Assembly (NCBI GenBank): GCA_963820825.1 | Contig: CAWGBN010000006.1 | Span: forward strand, 96,001 to 160,000 | DNA length: 64,000 bases | From: Vulcanimicrobiota bacterium | GTDB taxonomy: Bacteria; Vulcanimicrobiota; Vulcanimicrobiia; Vulcanimicrobiales; Vulcanimicrobiaceae | Direction: 5' to 3' | Shown: positions 27,406 to 37,966 of the stretch, piece by piece | Numbering within the stretch: the first letter of the stretch is position 1 | How the letters are laid out: each line of letters starts with the position of its first letter | The notes under the pieces: model-generated | Seen by the model: the letters and a program-made list of their open reading frames with translations, nothing else | What the model was told of the DNA's origin: nothing | The model's database searches: none | Translations under genes and position numbers: made by a program

Positions 27406-29346
27406 ATGTCTACTTCGAGCGTTCGCGCGATCGCGCTCTCGCTGATCGCCGCCCTTGCCTTCGCCGCGCCGCCTCCGGCCCGAGCCGATCTTCCGCCGCT
27501 GATTCCGCGCGCGGTGCTCTTCGGCAATCCGGAGAAGGCATCGCCCGCGATCTCCTCCGACGGAAGGATGCTCGCCTACCTCGCACCGTCGAACGGCGTA
27601 CTCTCCATCTGGGTACGCACGATCGGCGAGAATGACGACCGCGTCGTCGCCACCGACCCCTTCCGGCCGATTCGCAACGTCGTCTGGCAGCCGGACGGCA
27701 AACACGTCCTCTACGAACAGGACAAGGGCGGCAACGAGAATTTCCACGTCTATCAGACCGACATCGCAACGCGCTCGACGCGCGACCTCACGCCCTTCGG
27801 CGATAAGGTCCGTTCGGATATCGAAGCGGTCGATCCGCGCTATCCGAACCAAATGCTGGTGACGTCGAACAAGCGCGACCCCAACGTCTTCGACGTCTAC
27901 CGAATCAATTTGCGCACGGACGTCGCGGCTCTCGACACGCGCAACCCGGGAACGATCGGCGGCTGGGCCGAGGATAATAAACTCGTCGTGCGCGCCGCGG
28001 TGCAGAACAATTCCGACGGTTCCACCGAGATTCTCGTTCGGGCGAATCCCTCCGCGCCGTGGCATACGCTTTTGAAGGCCTCTCCCGACGACTCGATCGC
28101 GCCGTTCGCTTTCAGCGCCGACAACCGGTCGCTCTACGTTTCGTCGAGCCTCGGAGTGAACGCGTCGCAGTTGCTGCTCTACGATTTGAGCAACGGGACG
28201 AGCTCGGTTGTGGTCTCCGACCCGACGTACGACGTCGGCGCTCCGCTGATCGACGAGAAGAGCCGCAAGCTCGCCGCGGTCTCCTTCCAGCGCGACCGGA
28301 CCGAGTGGCAAGTGCTCGATCTCGCCTACCAGAGCGACTTCGCGGCGCTCCAGAAAATTCACGATGGCGACATCGGGTTTCTGAGCAGCACCGCAAACGG
28401 ACGGCGACTGATCGTCGCCTATCTGGTCGATAACGGACCGACCTCCTACTACTCCTACGATCGGAAGACGAAGCGCGGCACCTTTCTCTTCGTCTCACGC
28501 CCAGCCTTATTGAAGTATCAGCTCGCGTCGATGCAGCCGATCTCGTATAAGGCCGGCGACGGGCTCACGATTCACGGCTACCTGACGCTTCCGGTCGGCG
28601 TCGCTCCGAAGAATCTGCCGATGGTCTTGTTCGTGCACGGCGGCCCGTGGGCGCGCGACACGTGGGGCTACAGCGGCTACGTGCAGTGGTTGGCCAACCG
28701 CGGCTACGCGGTGCTGCAAGTAAACTTCCGCGGCTCGACCGGCTACGGCAAGAACTTTCTCAACGCGGGAAACCGGCAATGGGCCGGCACGATGCATCAG
28801 GATCTCGTCGATGCCAAGAACTGGGCGGTCACGCAAGGATATGCCGACCCGGCCAAGGTGGCGATTATGGGTGGCAGTTACGGCGGTTATGCCGTGCTCG
28901 CCGGCGTTACGTTCTCACCCGACGTCTTTGCCGCCGGCGTCGACATCGTCGGTCCGTCGAACTTGAACACCCTGCTGCAATCGATTCCGCCGTATTGGTC
29001 GACCGGACGGGCAACGTTCGCGCTGCGGATGGGCGATTCGGTCGATTTCTTGAACTCGCAATCGCCGCTCTTCAAAGCCGATCGGATCAAGGTGCCACTG
29101 CTCATCGGACAGGGCGCCAACGATCCGCGGGTCAACCGGCGCGAGAGCGACCAGATCGTCGCGGCGATGCGCAAGAATAACGAGCCGGTCGAGTACGTCG
29201 TCTTTCCGGACGAGGGTCACGGCTTCGCACGGCCGGAGAACAACAAGCGCTTCAACGCCGCGGTCGAGGCCTTTCTCGGCAAATACTTGGGCGGCCGCGT
29301 CGAGCCGGCCGGACCCGACGAGAGCATCGCCTCGTTCGAGCACTGA
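27406..29346 (+). CDS. Secreted S9 family peptidase (dipeptidyl/acylaminoacyl-peptidase)
   Basis: Signal peptide, VHGGPW.RD, GGSYGGY (catalytic Ser), NDPRV (Asp), DEGHGF (His). Confidence 0.93.
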   Translation: MSTSSVRAIALSLIAALAFAAPPPARADLPPLIPRAVLFGNPEKASPAISSDGRMLAYLAPSNGVLSIWVRTIGENDDRVVATDPFRPIRNVVWQPDGKHVLYEQDKGGNENFHVYQTDIATRSTRDLTPFGDKVRSDIEAVDPRYPNQMLVTSNKRDPNVFDVYRINLRTDVAALDTRNPGTIGGWAEDNKLVVRAAVQNNSDGSTEILVRANPSAPWHTLLKASPDDSIAPFAFSADNRSLYVSSSLGVNASQLLLYDLSNGTSSVVVSDPTYDVGAPLIDEKSRKLAAVSFQRDRTEWQVLDLAYQSDFAALQKIHDGDIGFLSSTANGRRLIVAYLVDNGPTSYYSYDRKTKRGTFLFVSRPALLKYQLASMQPISYKAGDGLTIHGYLTLPVGVAPKNLPMVLFVHGGPWARDTWGYSGYVQWLANRGYAVLQVNFRGSTGYGKNFLNAGNRQWAGTMHQDLVDAKNWAVTQGYADPAKVAIMGGSYGGYAVLAGVTFSPDVFAAGVDIVGPSNLNTLLQSIPPYWSTGRATFALRMGDSVDFLNSQSPLFKADRIKVPLLIGQGANDPRVNRRESDQIVAAMRKNNEPVEYVVFPDEGHGFARPENNKRFNAAVEAFLGKYLGGRVEPAGPDESIASFEH

Positions 29347-29358
29347 CTCTCCCGCGCA

Positions 29359-29922
29359 ATGAACCAGCGCCTCCGGCTCGACTTCGTCATCGCGATTTGT
29401 GCGCTCTTGATCAGCACGGTCGCCGCCGTGGCGACCGTCTATCAAACGCACGTTATCGCCCGGCAATTTAGCGCGACGGTCTGGCCCTACGTCAGTTTCG
29501 ACGAGAGCAACTCCCCATCGTCGGTCGAGCTCGACCTTCGCAACGACGGGCTCGGCCCCGCGATCGTTCGTTCCGTCGGCATAACTTTCGACGGCAAACC
29601 GCAGACCTCGATCGAGGCGATGCTCGCAGCCTTCGCCACCGGCGAACCCCAAGCACAGGCCGCGGCTCGCGCCGCAATTCGCGCGGGCGCCAAGCTGAAG
29701 ATCACGACGAGCACGCCGACTTCCGGCATGGTCATCCCGGCGAACGCGCAGCACGTTATCATCCGGCTCGAGGGCCCCATACTCGTGCGGTATTTCCAGC
29801 CGGCCGTCAAGCGCGTCGGGATCTCGCTCTGCTACTGTTCGCTCACGGGAACGTGCTGGACGCAAAGCTTCCAAAGCCGCGATAGCGAGCCGAGAACCGT
29901 AGCCTCCTGCCCTCGCAGCTAG
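29359..29922 (+). CDS. Hypothetical membrane-anchored protein
   Basis: N-terminal TM helix, VWPY, N.GLGPAIV, C-terminal CYCS..G.CW. Confidence 0.65.
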   Translation: MNQRLRLDFVIAICALLISTVAAVATVYQTHVIARQFSATVWPYVSFDESNSPSSVELDLRNDGLGPAIVRSVGITFDGKPQTSIEAMLAAFATGEPQAQAAARAAIRAGAKLKITTSTPTSGMVIPANAQHVIIRLEGPILVRYFQPAVKRVGISLCYCSLTGTCWTQSFQSRDSEPRTVASCPRS

Positions 29923-29971
29923 CCCGTGATTTGCGTGCAGCCGGCGCCGTAAGGCTTACGCCGAAGATGCT

Positions 29972-30460
29972 CTATTGACTGATGACCGCACCGACCGGCT
30001 CGATCAGCGTTCCCGGCGGTATAGTGCTGTGCAACGTACCGGCGGGATAGTCGAAGACTTGGACTTGCGTGTTGTAATTTTCGATGGCGACGACCTTGCT
30101 TCCCAATATGAAAAAGGCTGAAGCCTCGGCGGCGCCACTGAGGGTCGTGCTTCCGAAAGTCGTACCGTCGCGGTTCACTTGCCATATCACTGAGCCAAAC
30201 GCATCTCCCACGGCGCAGTGGTGATTTGCCCATTGCAGATCACCCGTAGCCGCAATGCTCGGCTGAAGCGTAAGCGGAAGCATTGGGCCTAGCGGATTCT
30301 GGTGCCTGATCTTTGCATATTGCGGGACGGAAAGCCCACCCGCTATCCATAAGTTGCCCTGCGGGTCGTAGTTTAGCCCGTCGACGATCGAAACCACGTT
30401 CGAGTAGATCTCGACCGGAGTTCCGCTCGCATTCAGGTAGATGCTCAGCAGAAATGCTTC
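29972..30460 (-). pseudogene. N-terminally truncated beta-propeller (NHL-like) repeat protein
   Basis: Blade-like repeats (YDPQGNLWIAG, LQW....AVGD, VFDYPAG, PVGAVIS); no credible start or signal peptide; visibly lower GC than the flanks. Confidence 0.5.
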
Positions 30461-30521
30461 ATCGATTGATACTCCAAAGCCGAATCGGCAACCAACCGAA
30501 AGAGTAGCTGGAGCCGCTCTA

Positions 30522-31826
30522 TCACGCCGGGTGCGATCGAGCAATGGCCCGGAGCATGACCGGTCCGCTCGGACGTAGTGTCACGAGCGGCGCGAGCTTC
30601 ACCGCGGGACCGGGCGCAAGCGCAAAACGGTAACGCGTAAGAAGCGCCTGCAGCACGATCGCGGCTTCGCGCATTGCAAACTCTTCGCCGATGCAGCGCC
30701 GCGCGCCGCCGCCGAATGGGACGTACGCGAACGGTGGGGGCTCGGCGCCGTGCCAACGCTCGGGATCGAACGCATCCGGATTTGGAAAGTAGTCGGCGCG
30801 GCGATGCAAGAGCAACGGCGCGAGAAAGACCGTCGTCGTTGCCGGGATGAACGAACCGTCGCCGAGCGTGACGTCCCGGATCGCTTCGCGTCCGATGATC
30901 CATGCCGGCGGATAGAGCCGTAAGACCTCTTTGAGGACGCGCTCGAGATACTCGCGATCTCCTTGTGCCGCCGCCGCGCCCGCGCGCCGATCGACCGCTT
31001 CGTGCTGCGCGAGGAGATAGAGCGTCCACGTCAAGAGATTTGCGGTCGTTTCGTGCCCCGCCATGAAGAGCGTCATGATCTCGTCGCGCACTTGTTCGTC
31101 CGAGGGCTGGTAGCCCGTTTCGCCGTCACGCGCCGCCAGCAAGAGCGAGAGCGCGTCGTGGCGTTCGCTTCCATCGCGCCGGCGGCGGGCGATCAGCTCG
31201 TAGATGATCGCGTCGAGCATGCTGCGCGCGCGCCAGAAGCGCCGGGTGTTGCGCAGCGGCAGACGCTGGCGCAGCGCCCCGAGCGGCGTGAGCATCGCGG
31301 GAAACTCGTTCATCATCAGCCGCAGCGCGTCGGCAACCGCCTCCGACGCATCGCTCTCGTCGCTTCCGAAGAGCGTCTCGGTCGCGATGCGCAGCGTCAG
31401 CTCCGTCATCGCGCGGTGCGCGTCGAACGGCAGGTCGGCCTCGAGACGTGCCGCAAACTCCACGGCGTCGCGCTCCATGATCTGCGCGTACTCGGCGATT
31501 CGCTCTCGGTGGAACGCCGGCTGGACGATTCGGCGCATCTGCCGGTGCAGCGGATCCTCGCTGGTGAGCAGCCCTTCGCCGAGGAGCAGCCGGAGCACTC
31601 GCGTTCCCAGCGACTTCGAGAACGCATGCTGCTGCGTAACCAGGATCTCTTTGATCGACGCGGGCTCGTTGACGAAGACGTACGAACGCCACGGCAGCGC
31701 AAAGGCGGTGATGTTGCCGTAGCGTTGCGTCGTCTCGCGTAAGAAATCGGGAAAGCGTTTGAACGGAACGGGGAGCAGACCGCGCAGCGTCTGCCACCGG
31801 CTCGGACCCGGAATCTTACCGGGCAT
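30522..31826 (-). CDS. Cytochrome P450
   Basis: I-helix AGHETT, K-helix EVLR, PERW, heme motif FGGGARRCIG; ATG 31826 overlaps the upstream gene's end. Confidence 0.95.
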   Translation of the reverse strand: MPGKIPGPSRWQTLRGLLPVPFKRFPDFLRETTQRYGNITAFALPWRSYVFVNEPASIKEILVTQQHAFSKSLGTRVLRLLLGEGLLTSEDPLHRQMRRIVQPAFHRERIAEYAQIMERDAVEFAARLEADLPFDAHRAMTELTLRIATETLFGSDESDASEAVADALRLMMNEFPAMLTPLGALRQRLPLRNTRRFWRARSMLDAIIYELIARRRRDGSERHDALSLLLAARDGETGYQPSDEQVRDEIMTLFMAGHETTANLLTWTLYLLAQHEAVDRRAGAAAAQGDREYLERVLKEVLRLYPPAWIIGREAIRDVTLGDGSFIPATTTVFLAPLLLHRRADYFPNPDAFDPERWHGAEPPPFAYVPFGGGARRCIGEEFAMREAAIVLQALLTRYRFALAPGPAVKLAPLVTLRPSGPVMLRAIARSHPA

Positions 31827-33219
31827 CGGCCGCCCGGTACGCCGCAACGTTTCCATAGCGGCAGAGGAGCTTATATTCACCGCGCGCGACCTCCGCTTCC
31901 ACCGCCGGCCGAACCCGCGTTTGATAGGCGACGTTCGGATAATCTCCGGCGTAGACGAGGTACTCGACGCCGCTCGCGCGATCGATCGTCGCCCGCGGCC
32001 GCTGCGCGGCGATCGCGGAGAACCACTCGTCGTGCGTCGAGAGCGATGCGTCCTTAGGCACGCAGCCGATCGCGCGGCGCGCGTCGCCGAGATCGCCGTA
32101 GTACGCGTGCAGGTAGTGCAGCGGATGCGCCGGGTCGAACGCGATCAGAAATACCGCACAGAGAATTCCGGCGAGCGCCGTCCACCGCCCGGCGACGCGT
32201 TCGCCGTTACGGCGCGCGAGTGACGCGACGCCCATCACCGCTCCGACGAGCAGCCACCCGATCCAGAGCGCGGCGTAGTGATCGCCCATCCGCCACACGT
32301 ATCCCGAGTTCGCAAGCAGAACGATCGCGCCGCCGGGAAGCGCGAGCAGCGACCACCACGAGCGCAACGGCAGAAAGACGAGCGGCACCAACGCCTCGAG
32401 AACGTAGGTCAACCGCCCGAAGGTGAGGATCGCGCGAGCGAACTCGATCGGCTGTGTGAACGGCGCGAGGACGAGTGCGAGCGGACCGTTGGCAAACGAA
32501 TAGACGTAGAAATGACTCGGGACCCATCCACCGAATCGCGGCGTGATGAGACCGTAATAGACGCCGAGTGCCGTCGCCGCGCCGAGCGCGAGCGCGGCGC
32601 CGGCGATGGTGAGTTGGCGCGGCGCGACGGCGACGCCGTCGAGCAGACCGCGACCCGGGGAACGCGCGCGTAGTGCGATCGCCACTAAAGTAACTCCGAA
32701 GGCGACGAGCGTCAGCGCCGCATCTTCACGCAGACCGACGGCTGCGAGCGCGCAGAGCGCAAAGCCCAACCATTGCCGGCGATCGGCGCAGAGCACGAGC
32801 GCGAGCACCAGCGGCGTAAAGAGCCCGAGTTCGTGGAACTCATCGAAGCCCAGCGCGAGCAACGGCGGATAGAGCAGCGTGACGAGCCCGAGCCGCTGCG
32901 CGAGCGCCTTTCCGGCGTACGGGACCGCGAGCGCGGCAACGAGCGGCGCGCAGCAAACTGTCGCCGCGGCTTGGACGAGCTGCAACGGAAGGGCGCTGCG
33001 GGTCAGAGCGACGAGCGGCCAGAGCAGCGCGAGCGACGGCGACCAATGGTAGCGGAAGTGCGATCCCGCTTCGACGCCGTTGCGCATTCCGCCGAATGCG
33101 TCGTGGACGATCTGCGCAAACGTTCCGGTATCGGAGCCGTAGGTCCAGAGCCGGCTGCGCGCGACGGCGAGCGCCGCAAGCACGCCGAACTCGACGGCGG
33201 CCCAGATCCAGAGTCTCAC
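31816..33219 (-). CDS. DUF2079-type multi-pass membrane protein (GT-C-like)
   Basis: DTGTFAQ, H.SP.L..L.P, FDEFHE, LREDA motifs and many TM helices; start uncertain. Confidence 0.7.
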   Translation of the reverse strand: MRLWIWAAVEFGVLAALAVARSRLWTYGSDTGTFAQIVHDAFGGMRNGVEAGSHFRYHWSPSLALLWPLVALTRSALPLQLVQAAATVCCAPLVAALAVPYAGKALAQRLGLVTLLYPPLLALGFDEFHELGLFTPLVLALVLCADRRQWLGFALCALAAVGLREDAALTLVAFGVTLVAIALRARSPGRGLLDGVAVAPRQLTIAGAALALGAATALGVYYGLITPRFGGWVPSHFYVYSFANGPLALVLAPFTQPIEFARAILTFGRLTYVLEALVPLVFLPLRSWWSLLALPGGAIVLLANSGYVWRMGDHYAALWIGWLLVGAVMGVASLARRNGERVAGRWTALAGILCAVFLIAFDPAHPLHYLHAYYGDLGDARRAIGCVPKDASLSTHDEWFSAIAAQRPRATIDRASGVEYLVYAGDYPNVAYQTRVRPAVEAEVARGEYKLLCRYGNVAAYRAADAR

Positions 33220-33260
33220 GAGCAGGCGCCGCCGGGCGAGTTGACCAAGCGCGCGAATCG

Positions 33261-33812
33261 ATGAAACGAATCTGCGTCTTTTGCGGTTCCCACACCGGTA
33301 ACGACCCGGCCTACGCACGCGTCGCGAGCGAGGCCGCGCGAGCGCTCGTCGCCGGCGGTTACGGCGTCGTCTACGGCGGCGGCGGAATCGGCCTGATGAA
33401 GATCGTCGCGGATGCCGCCTTGGAAGCCGGCGGCGAGGTCATCGGCGTCATTCCTCACGCGCTCGCGCGGGCCGAGATGGCCCATCAAGGCTTGACCCAG
33501 CTTCACGTCGTCGATACCATGCACGAGCGCAAGGCGCTGATGGACCAGCTGAGCGACGCGTTCGTCGCACTGCCGGGCGGATTCGGAACGATGGACGAGT
33601 TCTGCGAAGCGCTGACCTGGCGGGAACTCCGCATCCACGATAAGCCGATCGGTCTGCTCAACGTGCTCGGCTACTACGATGCCTTGCTCGGGTTCTTCGA
33701 CTCGATGGTTACCCAGGGCTTCGTCGGTGCGCACACGCGCGGTCTCTTCGTCGACGCGGAGACGATCGGCGACCTGCTCGAGGGAATGTTCGCGGAGAAG
33801 AATCTGCCCTGA
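33261..33812 (+). CDS. LOG-family nucleotide phosphoribohydrolase (TIGR00730)
   Basis: ICVFCGS, VYGGG.IGLM, MHERK, PGGFGTMDE. Confidence 0.93.
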   Translation: MKRICVFCGSHTGNDPAYARVASEAARALVAGGYGVVYGGGGIGLMKIVADAALEAGGEVIGVIPHALARAEMAHQGLTQLHVVDTMHERKALMDQLSDAFVALPGGFGTMDEFCEALTWRELRIHDKPIGLLNVLGYYDALLGFFDSMVTQGFVGAHTRGLFVDAETIGDLLEGMFAEKNLP

Positions 33813-33813
33813 A

Positions 33814-36800
33814 CTATTCGGCGAGTGCGGTCGAGACGATTCGATCCTGTTCGACCGCGTGCTGGCCGCGCATACCCTTCGCTCGGACTGGCACGGTAGC
33901 CGCGGCCGATATACTCGATGTCGAAACCGTCGCGCTTGCCCTCGAGCAATCGACGGCGAACGAAGGCACGCGCACCCATGTTCTTGGGCTCTTCCTGAAC
34001 CCACAGGATCTTCTTGAGATGCGGATAGCCCGCGATGAGCCGATTGATTTCGCCGACGGGAAGGGGCGCGAGGAGTTCGATCCGCGCGATGGCCGTACGC
34101 TTCAGCGCTGCGTACGCGGCATGGCTCACGAGATCGTGATAGATCTTGCCGCTGCAGAGAATGAGCCGCTCGATCGTCTCGTGGTCGAGCGGACGCGGGT
34201 CGTCGATGACCGGTGCGAAGCCTCCCGCGACCATGTCGTCGAGTCTCCCCGCCGCGCTCTCGGTACGCAAGAGCGATTTCGGCGTCATCACGACGAGCGG
34301 CACCGCGAGCGGCGAGCGTGCCTGCATTCGCAGCAGGTGGTAGTAGTTGCTCGCGATCGAGGGTGACGCAACGCGCAGGTTTCCCTCGGCGACGAGCTGG
34401 AGAAAGCGCTCGAGCCGTGCGCTCGAATGTTCGGGGCCGCCGCCTTCATAGCCGTGCGGCAGCAAGAGCGTCAACCGCGAGGTCTGCCCCCATTTCGCCT
34501 GGCCGGCGGCGATGAACTGATCGATAACGATCTCGGCGCCGTTGACGAAGTCGCCGTACTGCGCCTCCCACAAGACGAGCGCATCGGGCTGCTGCGTCGA
34601 GTAGCCGTACTCGAATCCGACGCACGCATACTCGGAGAGCGGACTGTTGCGGATCTCGAACGAGGCTTGCCGTTCGCTCAGATGCTGCAGCGGTACCCAA
34701 ACATCTTCGCGGCCGCTACCGTTCGGTGATGAGGAGCCTGCCCTGAGCGGAGTCGAAGGGTGGTAGACCGCGTGACGGTGGCTGAACGTTCCGCGCTCGG
34801 TATCCTGTCCGGTGAGCCGAATCGGCGTGCCGTTGGTCAAGAGCGAAGCGAAGGCGAGCGACTCGGCGGTACCCCAATCGACCGTACCTTTCTCGGCAAT
34901 CGCCGCGGCGCGCCGTTCGAACTGCGCGCGCAGCTTGCGATTGAGCGTGAAGGCCGGCGGCACGCTCGTCAGCGCTTCGCTCCAGGCTACGAGCTCGCCG
35001 CGCGAGACCGGCTTCAAGACGGTTCCGTCGAAGGTGTTGCTTCCCGCGAGCTTTCGCCCGGTAATATGCGAGGCCAGCGCGCCTTTGACCGCGCGGCGCG
35101 CCTGCTGCAACCGTTCCGTAGCCTCGTCGACCATCTCGCGCGTGCGCTCTGCCGTGATCGCGCCTTGGTTTACGAGCTTGTTCGCGAAGAGTTCGCGCAC
35201 CGTGGGATGATTCTTAATCCGGTCGGCCATCTGCGGCTGCGTGTACGCCGGCTCGTCTTGTTCGTTGTGGCCGAAGCGGCGATAGCCGATGAGGTCGATG
35301 AGCACGTCGCGCCCGAAGGCCCGGCGAAAATCGATCGCGAGGTGAACCGCAGCGATGCAGGCGTCGACGTCGTCGGCATTGACGTGCACGATCGGCACGT
35401 CGAAGCCCTTGGCGAGGTCGGAGGCGTAGCGCGTCGAGCGCGCGTCGCCGGGATCGGTCGTGAATCCGATCTGATTGTTTGCGATCAGATGAATCGTTCC
35501 GCCGGTCTCATATCCCGGCAGCGATTGCATGTTGAAGACTTCGGCAACGATGCCTTGGCCGGTAAACGCGGCGTCGCCGTGAATGAGAATCGGCACGGCC
35601 TGCTTGCGATCGAGCACCGGCGTACCACGCGACGGATCGGTCTGAAACGCGCGCGCGCTTCCCTCCACGACCGGATCGACGGCTTCGAGATGGCTCGGAT
35701 TGTGGGCGAGCGTGACCTCGATGGTCTTGCCTTTTGCGGTCGTAAAGGTGCCGGTCGCGCCGTGGTGATACTTGACGTCGCCCATCACGTCGTCGTCGCC
35801 GAGGTTGCCGCGATACTGCGCGGCTTCGAACTCGGTCATCACCTCTTCGTAAGGAAGATTTACCACATGCGCGATCACGTTGAGGCGCCCGCGATGCGCC
35901 ATTCCCAGCACCGCATGGGCGATGGCGTCGTCGGCCAGCATGTCGAGCATCTCCTCGAGCATCGGGACCATCACGTCGAGCCCCTCGCCCGAGAAGGTCT
36001 TCTGACCGAGGAACGTCTTGCGCACGTACCGGTCGAAGGCTTCGACCTGAGTGAGGCGCTCGAGGAAATCGATCTGCCGCTGCGGGGACTGCTTGACCTT
36101 ATTGCGCGCCGACTCGATGTAATCGCGCAGCCAGACGCGTTGGTTCGCGTTGGAGATATGCTCGATCTCATACGCGATCGTCGAGCTGTAGGTCTCGCGC
36201 AGACGCGGCAAGACCTCGGCCAAGGTGTTACCCGGAACTTTGACGCGCAGCACGCTTGCCGGAATCGCGCTCTGCAGCGCGGGCGTGAGACCGTAGGTTT
36301 GCGGCTCGAGCGATGCGTCTCCAACGGGCTCCGCGCCGAGCGGATCGAGATTCGCCGCAAGGTGTCCGTGACGGCGGTAGGCAGAGACGATCGCCATTCC
36401 GGCTGCGACCGCGCGCAGCATCTCGTCCGACGGCGGGACGGCAGGCGCACCGACCGGTGAGACGGCGGCCTGCGGTTGCGGCGCCGCCTGCAAACCGAGC
36501 GACGTGAAGATCTCCTCGTAAAATGCATCGCGGCCCTGGAGCAGCTCGTCGACGCGGCGCAGATACTCGCCGGATTGCGCGCCCTGAATCACGCGGTGAT
36601 CGTAGGTGCTCGTGATCTGCATGATGCGCGAGACGCCCAGCAGCCGCAGCGATTGTTCGTTCGCCGTCGCGAATCCGGGCGGATATCCGATCGCGCCCGC
36701 TGCGAGAATCGCGCCTTGGCCGGCCATCAAACGCGGCACCGAGGCGACGGTGCCGATCCCTCCGGGATTGGTCAGCGTAAACGACGCGCCTTGCAGATCG

Positions 36801-37777
36801 TCGGCGCCGAGCTTGTTCTCACGCGCCTTTGCGACGAGATCCTCGTATTGCGTGCGGAAGGCGGCGAAGTCGAGCGCATCGGCGTTGCGAATCACCGGAA
36901 CGACGAGCGAGCGCGTTCCATCTTTGCGTTCCGTATCCACCGCGAGACCGAGATGTACGCCGGGCTCGATTCGCGCCGGCGCTCCCGCTTCGTCGCGGCG
37001 GAACGAGTGCGTGATGAACGGCATCTCGTGCGCCGCGCGCACGAGTGCGTAGGCGATGACGTGCGTGAACGAGATGCGTTCGGAACGCCCGGCGGCGCGA
37101 ATGCCGCCGTTGAGTTCTTTGCGACGTGCGTCGAGCACGTCGACCGGCACGCTGCGAAAGCTCGTCGCGGTCGGAATCGTGAGGCTCTGCTCCATGTAGC
37201 CGGCGAGCACCGCGGCCGGGCCGCGCAACGGCCGGACGACTGCGCCGGGCGGAATCGGTGGGGGCGGCGGCAGCAGGCTCGCGGGACGCCGCGGGCTCTG
37301 CACCTGCGCGAGGACGTCGGAGCGCAGAATGAGACCGTCGGGACCGGAACCGCGGACGAGCGCGAGGTCGACGCCGAGCCGTTGCGCGATCCGGCGCGCG
37401 GGCGCATCGGCGATCGCTTCGCCGCGCGGGGCGGATGGACGCGGAGGCGGCGTTACCGCTGCGGGCGCGGAGGCACCATTCCCGCCGGGCGCGGCCTTCG
37501 CCGGTTTACCCTCGCTCTTCGAGGCGTCGATCTCGGCCAAGACCGAGCCGACGGCGACGCTCTCACCCTCGCGCACTAAGATCTGCGTCACGACGCCCGA
37601 GACGCTCGCCGGAACCTCGACGTCGACCTTGTCGGTCGTTACTTCAACGAGCGGATCGCCCTCGGCAACGAAGTCGCCGACGTTCTTACGCCACTCGACG
37701 ATCGAGCCTTCGGTAACCGATTCTCCCATTTCGGGCAGCGTCACGCTGACGAGCGTCTGTTCCAAAGCAGAACCCAT
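33814..37777 (-). CDS. kgd: Multifunctional 2-oxoglutarate dehydrogenase, lipoyl-PSBD-E2-E1 fusion; +1 frameshift near 33868
   Basis: EVTTDKVDVEVP lipoyl motif, GSGPDGLILRSDV PSBD, YDHRVIQG, GMAHRGRLN, HGDAAF, WEAQYGDF; the expected C-terminus GQHAVEQDRIVSTALAE* is in the adjacent frame. Confidence 0.92.
34735..34760. repeat. Short REP-like element in frame inside kgd
   Basis: AGCCTGCCCTGAGCGGAGTCGAAGGG encodes PSTPLRAG in a loop that is normally short in E1o. Confidence 0.55.
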
Positions 37778-37801
37778 CTTATCTTTTTGCGAGCCGGGGG
37801 C

Positions 37802-37966
37802 CTACGACGATTGGCCGTCCTCGGCGGCTAGAAATACCTCGCCGGGAGTGCGGTGGTGCGAGAGCACGTAGGTGGAGACGTCGTACGCCGCAGCGGGCGA
37901 GAGCGAGCCTGGTGCGTTCTGCGGCATGTTGTACCGAACGAAACCGGTCATCCGGTCTTGATACAT
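37802..37966 (-). pseudogene. C-terminal remnant of a TsdA-like c-type cytochrome
   Basis: Manual translation MYQDRMTGFVRYNMPQNAPGSLSPAAAYDVSTYVLSH resembles the Met-ligand helix region of TsdA-like cytochromes; no CxxCH seen upstream. Confidence 0.5.

Noticed and set aside
33674..33813. Long antisense overlap between the kgd C-terminus and the LOG gene
   Set aside because: Artefact of the +1 frameshift near 33868; the corrected kgd stops at 33814
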